A stretch of DNA of 64,000 nt from Rhizophagus irregularis (Eukaryota). A model generated the notes under the pieces. The model ran no database searches. It was not told the origin of the DNA and saw only the letters and a list, made by a program, of their open reading frames with translations. Position 1 is the first letter of the stretch; the number at the start of each line of letters is the position of its first letter. The stretch is taken from NCBI RefSeq assembly GCF_026210795.1, contig NC_089434.1, forward strand, positions 4,216,001-4,280,000. Direction: 5' to 3'. Made by a program: the position numbers and the translations under genes. Shown here in pieces: positions 24,153 through 36,539 of the stretch.

Positions 24153-25877
24153 ATGGCATGCTCAAAAGTAATGTTAGGAGATTTTCCCGAATTAACATAT
24201 GATATTATACAATACTTTCGGAATGACATTCCAACATTACATTCGTGTATTTTAGTTAATAGATTTTGGTGTCAAATTGTAATTCCATTATTGTGGAAAG
24301 ACCCGTTTTCAATGAAAAATCCTAAAAATTTTCACTTTATTGAACTTTACTTACAAAAAATAAGCGAGAAAGATAAAACACAATTAAATAGATGTGGAAT
24401 TAATAATAATGTATTTCCTTCAAACACATTATTTAATTATTCTAATTTTATTAAATGTATAAATACACAAAACATGTGCTCCACTATTGTAAATTGGGTT
24501 GAAACTAACATGACGTTTGCCTGTTCAAAGGGACGTATTTTTTTATTATTAATTAAAGTATTTATTGAAAATAAAGCTAAATTAAATACTTTTGAAATCG
24601 AAATTGCATATAATTATCATATAAGCAGAAAATATTTTAATTCTGCTTTTAAATTAATTTTACAAAATCCAAAATTCATTAATAATATAAAAAATTTAAA
24701 CCTTTATTTTAATGAAGAAATTTTAAAACATAAATTAGATTATAAATTTTTAAAATGTTTTTATTATAATTGCAATTTAATTTCATTACTTCATATTAGA
24801 TTTTCAAAATATGAAAGTTTTAGTCATAATCATATGACAATTGAAAACCAATTATCAAAGATTATTAATTCACAAAAAAATCTTAAAAAAATTGTTTTTG
24901 CACATAGTAAATATATATATGGTGCTTATATTTTAGATACTAGTATACCATTATATAATATCATAGGTGGTTCTAATAATACAAAACCTTTAAAGATAAT
25001 TATATTTCATAAAATTGATTTTAGGAATATATTACGTATAAAAGAGGCATTTGAACAATTAAGTGTTTTAGAATCCATTCATATACTTGATTGTCTTATT
25101 TTTAATTCTAATTTTATTCAACAAATCATTGATCTTAACAAACCATTTAAATTAAGATCTTTGTTTGTAAGGAATGAATATGTTTTCAGATCAGAGGATG
25201 AAGATAAAAATTTACAAATTGAATCAATACAATTGTTATTTCAAAAATTTGGGGATTATTTAGAAAATATTGGATTCGAGTCAATTGTAAACTGTGAATT
25301 AAAATACAGGGTATTAGAAATTATTAATAATTATTGTAAAAGAATTAAATTTTTTGATATATATACATCTAGTATTCAGAAAGCTCATATTGTATTGGAT
25401 TCAGTCAAAATTTTCGGACAAAACCTTAATTATCTTTCCATATCTGCTTTTATTTTGTATAGTAAAGATGATGAGTCTATGATAGAATTATTTTTAAGAT
25501 TAGCACATGTTCTTCCTTGTAAATTAGAATATTTGAATTTAAGTTGTAGTACTGAGATTACAAAAAGTGTTTGGGAAGTATTTTTAAAAAATTTAAAAAA
25601 TATTTTCATTAAGAAATTTTTATTCAAAATTAGTATATTAGTTGATGATATTTTACCATATGTAAAGGAATATATTATAAAAGAAAATATTGCTGAATAT
25701 TTAGCTATTAGAGGATATATAGAAATCCAAGTAAGTGAAAATAATGTACATCGGTGTAGAAAAGATTTGTTTAATATGACAGGTGAATTGAAGGAATTTG
25801 AATCATATAATATTAAAGTTAAAGAATATAATGATTTATATATTAAAGCCCATGAATTTATAGATGAGATGTATTAG
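24153..25877 (+). CDS. F-box domain / LRR protein, 574 aa, single exon
   Basis: MACSKVMLGDFPELTYDIIQYFRNDIPTLHSCILVNRFWCQIVIPLLWKDPF F-box-like start, PSNTLFNY motif, LRR-like C-terminal half. Confidence 0.9.
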   Translation: MACSKVMLGDFPELTYDIIQYFRNDIPTLHSCILVNRFWCQIVIPLLWKDPFSMKNPKNFHFIELYLQKISEKDKTQLNRCGINNNVFPSNTLFNYSNFIKCINTQNMCSTIVNWVETNMTFACSKGRIFLLLIKVFIENKAKLNTFEIEIAYNYHISRKYFNSAFKLILQNPKFINNIKNLNLYFNEEILKHKLDYKFLKCFYYNCNLISLLHIRFSKYESFSHNHMTIENQLSKIINSQKNLKKIVFAHSKYIYGAYILDTSIPLYNIIGGSNNTKPLKIIIFHKIDFRNILRIKEAFEQLSVLESIHILDCLIFNSNFIQQIIDLNKPFKLRSLFVRNEYVFRSEDEDKNLQIESIQLLFQKFGDYLENIGFESIVNCELKYRVLEIINNYCKRIKFFDIYTSSIQKAHIVLDSVKIFGQNLNYLSISAFILYSKDDESMIELFLRLAHVLPCKLEYLNLSCSTEITKSVWEVFLKNLKNIFIKKFLFKISILVDDILPYVKEYIIKENIAEYLAIRGYIEIQVSENNVHRCRKDLFNMTGELKEFESYNIKVKEYNDLYIKAHEFIDEMY

Positions 25878-26760
25878 TAATTAGGGATGTGTACTGTATA
25901 TTCATAATTTAAGTTTTTTTTTTATCATTTTTCCTTTCATTTTCATTATAATTGTTATATCTATTAAGGGAATTATTATGTATTATTTATATTGTATTCA
26001 AATTTTATAACAAAATAAAATATTATTGGATTTAAAAAAAAAAAATTCATCGTAAATAAATGCATTATTAAAGTATTTGGATGTGAACTAACCTCAAACC
26101 CTAATGAAACTATTAAATAACTAAATTTTTGACTGTTTTTTAATTGTTTTGTCGTTGCAAATAAACATCAAACTGCTATAGATCCTAACCGCCTAACCTC
26201 AACTAATAAATTATGGTCATAAAATATATCATATAAATAGGTAGAGATATGAATAAAAATTCTATAGATTATTTAGGAAAAATTTTATTATTTTGAAAGG
26301 AAATGTTAGCAATAAATCTACCATTGAAGTAATAATTCGCCAATAATAGGTTTAATTTAAAAAAAAATTGATAATTTTAATTTGTTATTATTACACAGCT
26401 CTATAGAACCATCATGGCGGATTTATGAAATACCCCAAAATTTGTCCGTCATGTCAAATTAAATAAATATTTGACAGCATTTTAGTCACCAAATTTCTAT
26501 TTAAGACACGAATTTATTAGTGAACAGTCAAAAATGAACTCTAAAAAATTTTTTTTGTACCCAAATCTTGCGTCTAACTAATTTTCCTATTATCTAACCA
26601 ATTTTTCCAGTGTTAAAGGGGCATTATTGCGTATAATTATACACTAAATTTGTGAAATACATGATTTTATATTACATGGTGTAAAACTAATTAGTTATAT
26701 TAATTTGATATTAAATAAAATAAGTTTAATTAATATGTGGTCATTCTGGTCCAGATAATA

Positions 26761-26824
26761 ACGGGCGTGCTTACTGCTTATGATGTGGCGCAAAGCGTCA
26801 CATCATACCATTAAGCACGCCTGT
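26761..26824. other. 64-nt GC-rich hairpin
   Basis: acgggcgtgctta / taagcacgcctgt and tatgatgtggcgc-aaa-gcgtcacatcata pair almost perfectly. Confidence 0.8.
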
Positions 26825-27204
26825 ACAATTAATTTTAATCACCATAAAATCAACAGTTAATAATATTTTCAAATCTTATATTTTACTTTATAATTAGCTT
26901 TCGTACGTAACTTGAATAAAATTCTAAAATTGATTTTTAAAAATTTGCTATGCCACTTTCGAAAAAAAATGACAATCATAAAAATTTAAACTAATAAGTT
27001 AATTTACGATTAATTTTGTTTCTATTTTTATTTTTAATAACATATCCTGAGCCCACAATTTTTATTTACTATATATTGCATAACATTTTAATTGTTGCTG
27101 ATAAATAACATTTTTAAATAAGACCCAGTTTTAAAACTAATTTAATAAAATAACTCATTGGTATTTATAAAAATATTTAAAATTAATTGAATTTTTCTAA
27201 CTAT

Positions 27205-27315
27205 CACCGGGGTGATGATCACCGATGACTGAAATTATGACGATCGACCAGCATTAAAAAATATAGTGCGGTAAAAATTGATAATTCCGGCCAACGGTAA
27301 TGATCACCCCCAGTG
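27205..27315. mobile_element. 111-bp MITE with CAC termini and ~34-bp TIRs
   Basis: caccggggtgatgatcaccgatgactgaaattat versus the reverse complement of the right end, cactgggggtgatcattaccgttggccggaattat. Flanked by at/at. Confidence 0.75.
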
Positions 27316-27679
27316 ATTTGAAGTAAAAAACTGAATTAATAATAATTTTATTTATTCAAAAAAATAAATATATTATTAATAATTTATACCATTTATTATT
27401 TATTTATTGAAAAAAACTTTTAATATATTTAATGATGTATGATATATCTACAAGATTTATTTTTTAAAGGATGGCCTTTCTTTTTAAATAAAAAAATTGG
27501 TACATCCAAGATCAGCTCCAATTTTTTCTTTTTTGGAGATTGACTGCCTTTTTTTGATTTTTTAGGTGTGTTCTCCTTCTTGTTCTCAGTTTTATCCATA
27601 TTCATTTTTCTTTCATTCTTTTCCTTTCTTATCTGGCCAATGGTGTGATTTAACTGCTCTACTATTTGTTCCTTACTCT

Positions 27680-30600
27680 TTATTTATTTTATTTTATTTC
27701 TAAAAGAGTAGTAGATCTAATACTATTACAAATAAAAGTAGATAGCATTTTCATGCAAAATAACTAATATGCATGCAGAACTTCATCCCTTTGGGACCTC
27801 ACTCTTCAGTCAAAACTATTCGAATAAATAGGACTACACTAAATAATCAAATGAGTACCACAAAAAGAATAATAAAAACTCACTAAAGAAAAGCTAAAAG
27901 ATCTAAAAAGAAAAAAATAAAATTAGTTCTAAAAATCAAAAGTTAAAAAGAATGAAGAGATTATATAGTATTGTAATAAAATGAGTTGTGGTCAAAAGTG
28001 ATGGAATCAATATAAGTTAGATATAAAGAATTAATCCAAGGTAAGTTATGGTGAAAGTTGGAGCTTATAAGATATATCCAATATACAGAATCATCTAAAT
28101 TGCATGTTGATGTCATGAAGGGATTATTGTACCCTAAATGTAAAATATTATCATTATTAGGGTTATAAGGTGAAATATCTTCCTCATTATTTTTATGTCA
28201 TTTACATCATTGTTTAGGTTATTTGATAAATGATTTCTTGCTGATATTGTGATCTTATTTATATTTTTTTCCACTTGAATGAGTAAGCCTTTTATAATAA
28301 ATTGTAAATGTCATAATGAAGATCATATAAAAATTTTAGAAGTAATTTCTTGATTAATTTATGTATTTTAGCATCTTTGAAAGGTGTGATAATCAAAGAT
28401 GGAACCATGTTGACAAGGAGACAATGTAAATCTGGAGCTTCATTAATTGAAGAAAGAGGTGAATTAAAGCAAAAAAAAATTACATTTGTCACGATTAATA
28501 TTATTAATAATTAACACTCGATAAATTAGTTTATGTTTCTTGAATATCTTTAAGAATGAAAATTGATTTAGAGCAAGTCCAAAAATATTCATTAGTTTCT
28601 GGTTCATTTGTGCATAAGAAGTAAGTATCAAATCTGTTCAATATGTTTGAGTAATTTCTATTAAGTGTATCTAATGTCAGAACTCAGAAGTGTGTAATTA
28701 GAATTTTTAATATGTCATCCCATATGTTTACTATAAGACTGACTTGTTACTATACTTTTTTGTAAAATGATAAAATACAAATTAAATTTATTTTGACAGA
28801 TGTAATGTATTTTGACAGATGTAATTAATTCATAATAATTTTATAATAAATAATAATTGGTCTGTTCACTGAAATACAACATAATTAATTAGCAGAGAAG
28901 TATACTTATCACCTTATGAAAGGGATTGTAGTTGATCCATAATTGTGTATATTTCCAATCAATTAGATGTGTGATCATAAATTTTTTTGGAGTCATCTTG
29001 TGATGTGATAATGAATTAAATGTATCTATAGCACATTGACTATCTGTGTAAATCATGACATTGCTATTAAGCGGACAGGTTATAAGACACGTTAAAATGG
29101 CAAAGGCTTCAGCTTTAGTAGAACTAACCCAATCTATAGTCATCCCAGAGAATTTAATATCTAAGTTGATATCTGAAAAGATCCAGCCAAAACCCATTTT
29201 GGAAGAAATTAAAGAACTATCTGTATAAAATTCTAAATTATTAAAAGAAGAAAGTATAATTATTAAAGAAAAAAAAGAATTATAAATTGAATTAGGTAAT
29301 AAAATTGTTTTAACTAGTCTACAATTAATGTTAGATATTCTATCAACTTCATTAGATATTATATTAGTATCCAAGATCTCTTATCTGATGTGTGGGTTAT
29401 TTTGCATATTATAATCTTTGAATACATCTGCACATAAAACACTATGCGGTTTTTGTACTATAAAAATGTTGTTAAAGCAATTATTATTTTTCTTATAAAG
29501 GTTGATGTTGTAACCCTTGAAACTAGGACAATTATGTGATTAGAAGAATAATTATCTGAAGGACAAATAATATACTAAATGAAACATGAATAAATAATTA
29601 GCTGAAGGATAAATATTTAACCAATAGAAGAATATTTAACCAATATAATTAAAGAATATAATGTTATAGTTATACTTATTTATAGTTAGTTATTATATTT
29701 AGATTAGTTATATTTATAGTTTAGTTATTATTAGTTTAGTTATAAATAATTTATCATTGTATTAATAAAACCATTGAAATGATTATATCAATGAGAATTC
29801 ATTGTGTAAATAAGAAATAATTGTTACTCAATGATGGGCATAATCAAATGGAACTAGATGGAAGGATTATATTATATTAGATATAATGAGTTATAATATT
29901 AGAATCTTATAGAAAATTGTAGAATATTATAGTTTAAAATGTATAAAAGGTTGGCTTTTGACTTTTGTCAACAGCTTTTGGGCTCAAGAATATTAAGTTA
30001 TTAATAAAGAGTTATCATTGTAGTTTTACTGTGATTCAATTATTAAAAAGTTATTAATTAATATAAAATTATAAGTCTAGCTAGTATATTAAATATAGGA
30101 GAACTCTCCAAGTTTGAAAATTAAATTTTAAGATTATAAATGAAATAAAATGTTAAAAATCTAAACCAAGCATAATAAAGTGAAAGTAATGTTATAAAGA
30201 GAATTATGTGTTTATCTGTGGATGGCAGACTTGGATGACAATGTGTATAGTAATAGTAAAATTTGAAAGGTAACTGATGATACAACGTGGATGAGTATCT
30301 CCAATATAAAATGAATCATATAAGTCACAACCAGGACAAGGTACAATATAATTAGGTTGAGAAAGAGGAGTAGTATTAGAGTTTAATAAAGTTGAATAGA
30401 ATTAATTCCCTCTTTAAATTCTTGTATAGTTGTTTGGTGAGCAATTAGAAGTGGATTATTATCAGTTTCACTAATATCATTAGTCCAAAGGTGATTTTGG
30501 GAAGTTAATATTAAAAATTGTATAAAATGAGATGTAATAGGGTTATTGATTTGTGTGTTCAACAGTGAGGCTTGCATCCACAACTGTGAATCCCAAATGT

Positions 30601-30770
30601 TTAAAATATAAGGATATATAGGATTATGAATTACTGAGTTAAAAAGAGATTTAGGAAGTGAAAGTGAATATCTGTAAATTAAACGAATAATTCTATTAAA
30701 TTCATTACATATGTTGGGAGTAATAAAAATATGTTGTGTTAAATATTCGATTCTTGTATTGCTATTGTAT
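27680..30770 (-). mobile_element. Decayed non-LTR retrotransposon, 3' portion (post-RT region, RNase H, Cys/His remnant, 3' UTR and tail)
   Basis: RIEYLTQHIFITPNIC block. RNase H FYTDSSL..GFGWI..SSTKAEAFAILTCL..IYTDSQCAID (ORF 28889-29374). LCTNEPETNEYFWTCS at ~28570-28620. (AAAT)n-like tail at ~27680-27700. Confidence 0.82.
29662..30075 (+). mobile_element. Possible solo LTR inserted in the LINE remnant
   Basis: Begins tgttata, has tataaaag (~29943) and aataaa (~30003), and ends in attataa. Its composition differs from the flanking LINE. No TSD or terminal CA was found. Confidence 0.35.
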
Positions 30771-30839
30771 CTAGATCTCCTATGCAGTTCGTAATTCAAA
30801 TCCTTTTTTGTTTTTGAATCGAACAAAAGTTTCAATTTT

Positions 30840-32240
30840 TCATTTCCATTAGCTTGATAGATTAAATTTTTACTTAAATTCTCAATCTGTAAGTCGTATT
30901 ACTTGTATATCATCTTTAAGCCATATTTTCTTTCTCATATATAATCACATTAGGAGTTTTATGGCTAAGTCTGCTCTTCTTTTAACTAATCCATTTATTC
31001 TTTCTATTATAAATTCACATTCTGGTTTTACTAAAAATATTGCCTGTAATTGATATTTGATATGTGGTATAATCACCATATTCCAAGTTGCTATAATTTG
31101 TTTTTCATTCAATTTTTTCCAATTAAAAATTTGACATGCCTTATCTACAATCGATTTAATCTTTTTCTTGCATATTTTCCTTCTATTATCATGTCTAAAA
31201 AAACCCTAAATATCTATTTCCTTCACAACTATTAACTTTTTTAACTTCTTCACCTTCAATTACTAAATTATCTTGGTTATTACTAATTTTAATTAGTTCA
31301 TACTTTCCAATATTCGCTTTGATATTATAAATTTTAAAAAATTTGTGATATATCTTTTATCATTTTTTCCAAACCTTCTTTATTTTTACTTATTAAAGTT
31401 GTATCATCCATAAAAGCTGTCATGTTAAAATTTAATTCCAATTTTTCTTTCTCTCTTTTATTGATATTTATTATTTTATTTTCTTCTATCTTGTATCTTA
31501 CTTTATCTTTAATTTGTTCTAGTCTTGTTAATAATGCATCATAGAAAATTCTCCAAAGAATTGTGAATCAAACTTCCCCTTGGTCTATTCCATCTTGAAC
31601 ATAGTATTCCTCAGTCATGTATTATTAACAATAAATCAATAATTTTGTTAAATCTATTTAAGTTTATATCATTAGTTACTAAATTAATAAATTGTTCAAG
31701 TAATCTAATTCTTCTAAGACTTTACTCAAACATAGTTGTACTGACTGAATCAAAAGCCTTCAATATATCCATTAGTAAAATCCATGCTTCTTTTTTCTTC
31801 TTGTTTACATTTTCTATTATTCCTTATTTTATCTTTGAAGGTATAAAAGTACTTTCATTTTTCAATGCTGCATAATTTGTATCCATTAGAACCTTTTCTT
31901 TTGATAGTATGTCACTCAGTCTTCTTACTAAGATTTTCAAAAATATCTTTATGGCTATTTCTATTAATGTGATAGCACTTGTTAAATTTAAATCTTGATT
32001 CCAGAACGATCATGTTATTGGATATACCATTCCTTTTTTTCAATCTTCTAAAACTTTTTCTTTTTTCATACTTTCATTAATTATTTCTAGAAGTAATATT
32101 CTCATTAAACTCTTACTATGTTTCCAAAAATCATATGTTATTCCACTTAAACCTGGTGCTTTATTCTTTTTTGTTGTTCTTATCACTTCTTCTAATTCTT
32201 CCATTGTTATCTCGTTCATTAAATTATTATAATACAAAAT
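30840..32240 (-). mobile_element. Decayed non-LTR reverse transcriptase domain
   Basis: Minus strand: ITMEELEEVI..KNKAPGLSGITYDFWK, ITLIE, MDILKAFDSVS, VQDGIDQGEV*..LWRIFYDALL, TAFMDDTT, WNMVIIPHIKYQLQ, with stops and frameshifts. Confidence 0.9.
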
Positions 32241-32409
32241 TATTATATTATATTTAATAAATCTTTCTTAGGATTAAAAATGGCAGATGGAAGTTGTAAA
32301 TGTAAATAAAAATATATAGAAAGATATTATTGCTTAATAAATTTTAATAACTCTACTAATAAAATTTATGGTACTTTGCATTTTGGAGGGTTTCAGTTGT
32401 TGTTGAAAA

Positions 32410-32822
32410 GTAGGAAAGTTCATTACAGTCTGATTAAAGGCCAGATTCTAATATATGGATGAACTGGGCTGAGGGCTCAGTTTAAAGACTAAAACTAGAA
32501 TTTAAATTATAATTTACTCCTGATATTAATTTTAATATTTGCTAATACTAAATTACAGTAACTTTATAAATTTATTAGTCACAATAACTAGAAGAATGCT
32601 AATAGTATTATAAATTCTCACAAAAGTCACATTATTTTATGAATAAAAAAAATGTTTTAAAGTAAAATGTATTTATATTTCATATGATATAGCATAATCT
32701 ACTAATTAGATTATAATATTATAAAGACCAAACTGGAATTGTCTGAGTTAAATCCCAAAACTAAGACCAGGTCCTGCCAAGACTCAGTCCTTAAGTCCTG
32801 GACCTGAACTTTTTTATACTCT
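32410..32822. mobile_element. Old hAT-like non-autonomous element
   Basis: Eroded inverted ends (aaagttca / tgaacttt) with clusters of ggact/agtcc-like motifs near both ends. Confidence 0.35.
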
Positions 32823-32918
32823 AAAAATATGCCATTTAATTTTTAAGAAAGTTGGTTGAGCAGAAATGATATTTCATTTTTAGTAACTTTATTCCAACTA
32901 AATTATGTCTAATCTTCA

Positions 32919-33026
32919 TATTTCTAAATAAATAATAATGGAAGTCCTAATTCAGAAACAATGTAATTTCTATATTTCTAAATAAATAATAATGGAAGTC
33001 CTAATTCAAAAACAATGTAATTTCTA
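32919..33026. repeat. Tandem duplication, ~53 bp x2
   Basis: atatttctaaataaataataatggaagtcctaattca(g/a)aaacaatgtaatttcta occurs twice. Confidence 0.9.
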
Positions 33027-34429
33027 GTCTATTAGTCTTTTCTTATTTATTTGACAGAAAATTATAAATAATATGAATAATTTTGTCCACACTGAATAAC
33101 TTTTTCTCTAGTAGAAAATTAGATTGTGAATTTTCTAAAAAGAATTCTATTATAATAAATCTATAAATACTAAAAAGTTCATATAGATTTAATCTGGCTG
33201 ATATATACCTTTGTCAGTCAATACAGATAGAATTAAATTTTAATTGTTATATCACATTATACTATATTTAGGATAAAAAAATTATTTATTATTAATTAGA
33301 TCTTCTTCATATATACTAGCCAAACATCCATTCTGATTAGTTATTATCTATACATTGTAATAATGAGAATCTTCTATGATCATTTTGAAATACTGAAGAT
33401 CTTTCTGTTTTAATTGGTTTTGTTTTTGTGTTAATTATAATATGATAACATTATTTAATTAATAATATATATCCGAATTTTTTTAAAAAATTTAAGTGAA
33501 TAGAAAATTTATTGCTTATTTTCAAAGAGTCCTTCCTTACTGCTAAAGGTATATTAGAGAGCCATATAAATTTTTTTCTTATAACTTTCTATTTTTTAAT
33601 ATTAATAATTATCACTGGTTGATTGATTCTATCTCAGATTGATTTCCATTTGGAACTTTGCAGATCTTCTATATTATTGTCTGGATTTTAAATATAAAGT
33701 TGCTTTTTGCTTAAAAATGCATAAATAAATAATCAATGTGGTTAAGAAATTTTTTTTTGACTCTTATAATGGCAACTTCATAGGTTGATCATCAAGAATA
33801 TAAGGTAAGTTATATTATATACTCCCTTTAAAAATAGTATCTGTTCTTAAAGTTTATTGCCTAGAGCCTAACTCTATATCCTAGCATAAATACCTTTTAA
33901 GTATATATAATCTATATTAAACCTCTTTATATTTTATTTATAAAGTTGTAAGAAACTGTTAGAGTTTAAGAAATAGGATTAAGGATTTAATATTATATAT
34001 TTCTATACTTTAAAATGTTCAAAAAATGTTTAAATAGCTTATTGCTAGGATGAGTATACTAAGAATGAAAAACTCTGGACAGGTATATATATAAATAATG
34101 GAATTTAAAATGTAATAATTGGAGAATAAATAAAATATATATTTTATAGATATTTGTTTCTATCTGGTTGTAACTTGTAACTTTTAAAGTTAAAGTTTGC
34201 TTAATAACTGGATATTAGAGTTCTAAGAATGAAAAACTCTAGATAGGTATATTATGAATAATAAACTTTCAAAAATTTGTTCTATAAAAATTAAAAACAA
34301 TAAAGTATTATATTTTAAGTGTATATAGTGGTAATGCAGTTTTGAAAATAGTACTTTTTGAAATATGAACTATCCTAATGTTGGCTACCTGGTTAAAGAA
34401 CTGTTGTGAAGTATAAGGTTTGACCATTT

Positions 34430-35175
34430 TATTAATTGGAGCTGTTAGTTAAGCTTACTTATTATTTGGAGCTTATTAGGCTTATACCTTTATTATTGGG
34501 ATTAGGAAACAACAAAATTATTTTGGTATAACTTAATTGTTTTAATTGGGCTGAATTGGGCTTACTTATTAGTTAAGGCTTATTAGACTTATAAGCTTAA
34601 AAAAAAAATAGTTAGCTTAATTGGGATTACTTATTAGTTGACTTATTAGACTTATATTATAACCTTTATTATTGGGCTTAAAAAAAAAACAAAATTATTT
34701 TGGTATAACTTAATTGTTTTAATTGGGCTGAATTGGGCTTACTTATTAGTTGAGGCTTATTAGACTTATAAGCTTAAAAAAAAAATAGTTGGCTTAATTG
34801 GGATTACTTATTAGTTGGCTTATTAGACTTATATTATAACCTTTATTATTGGGCTTAAAAAAAACAAAATTATTTTGGTATAACTTAATTGTTTTAATTG
34901 GGCTGAATTGGGCTTACTTATTAGTTGAGGCTTATTAGACTTATAAGCTTAAAAAAAAAAATAGTTGGCTTAATTGGGCTTACTTATTATTAGTTGAGGA
35001 TTTGAGGCTTATTAGACTTATAACATTTATAATTGGGCTTAAAAAAACAAGGTATAACTTAATTGTTTTACTGTAATTGGGCTTACTTATTAGTTGAGGC
35101 TTATTAGACACCTTTACTATTGGGCTTAGAAAAAACAAAAATTGTTTTGGTAAACAGTAGTTTTTCACATGTAAA
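34430..35175. repeat. Tandem array (~178-bp higher-order unit) of ggctta/gggct motifs
   Basis: ggtataacttaattgttttaattgggctgaattgggcttacttattag occurs three times (~34525, ~34702, ~34877), plus degenerate flanking copies. Confidence 0.9.
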
Positions 35176-36250
35176 TGCAGTTATACAAGATATCAATTTA
35201 GTTTTTAATTTTCCACATACAGTGGCTTCCAAAAAAAATGCACCAAAATTTTTTTAAAACTGTTAATTGCTCTTCTTATTAAATCAATTTTAATCCAATC
35301 AAAATAAAATATAAAACATAAATAATATATTATATAATTTACCAAAAAACATAAATTTTAATATAAATTTACTAATTAGTTTTTTTAAATACATAACATT
35401 AAATCAAAAAAAAACTTGGAAAAAACCAATATTTTTTAGTAATAAATCAATTAATTTGTTTGATAAATATAATTTAAAAATTACTATAGATTTTACAATT
35501 TTTTAGTATAAAGTTTTTTTTAAACACCATTAGATTAAAGGTTTTTACAGTGCAATTGAATAACATTAGGCAGAATTTTAAATTTTGTATACATTATTTA
35601 TTTTATTAATTTTATTATATTTTTTTTATTATTTATTAAATAAATTAACCATTAAAATTTTATGATTTTTTTTTAAAAACTTAGCCAAAATTATATATAT
35701 TATCTTACCAAAGTATAAATGTTAAAAAATAATATAGTTTAGACAAAAGTAGAGGAATTTGTACTCGCATGATGAAGAAAAATATAAATATAACTTAGTA
35801 TTTAAATTAACATTTCTTTGTAAATTAATTACTGTAATACATATGTTTTGTTAAATAAAATATGATAAATTGGCACTCTTTTGTTCAAAAAAAAAAGCAA
35901 TTAATCTTATCTTATTTGTACTAATTTTTAATACAAAAATCGGAAATCAAAAACCAGAAAAGTGAATAAAAGATATCTTTTTAAGATTCTGAGTTTTTTT
36001 AATAATATCTGTGTTATTTATCAAGTAATTGTAAAAGAGGAGTGAAATTTCTAATAATGACAAAAATAAAAGCATAACGTTTTTGTTATTAAAATAGGCT
36101 GAAAGATATACAGTAATAATTTAACACTATAATAAAGGTAAAGGCCTTTTCATATGAAAAGCCGAGTTAAAAGTTATAATTAAAATAATTAAAATGACAT
36201 AACTACGGGCGGATATTATAGAGTTATTAGGCACAGAGTATTCAATATGA

Positions 36251-36307
36251 AGATGGGTGTTACTGTCATTGTGCCACACAGTGTCACATGACATCAATCA
36301 TTCATCT
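36251..36307. other. 57-nt hairpin related to 26761-26824
   Basis: agatgggtg / cattcatct; tgtcattgtg / cacatgaca; cac-aca-gtg apical stem. Confidence 0.65.
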
Positions 36308-36539
36308 AACGAAAAAATTACATCCCTGGTAGCCTTGCATTTATTGCTAATTTTTATACTTAAATTGGCTTTTGTCAAAATAAATCTCAATAATAATGAA
36401 TTCTATGCATAATGGGTGATACTAAAAATTGCGTGTCTGCGGGATTCATAAAATAATAAATACGTAAATAAAATCATTAGGAGTTAATTATATACAATTT
36501 TTTAAATTTAAACAAACTAAAAATTCGGGTTAGAAAAAA

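Noticed and set aside
25430..25627. Antisense ORFs inside F-box genes (also 52449, 52854, 53052) and inside the RT and Hsp70 remnants
   Set aside because: They are shadows of coding sequence on the opposite strand.
35220..35250. Tc1-like terminus ta|cagtggcttccaaaaaaaatgcacc
   Set aside because: No partner TIR or transposase was found, so an element cannot be delimited.
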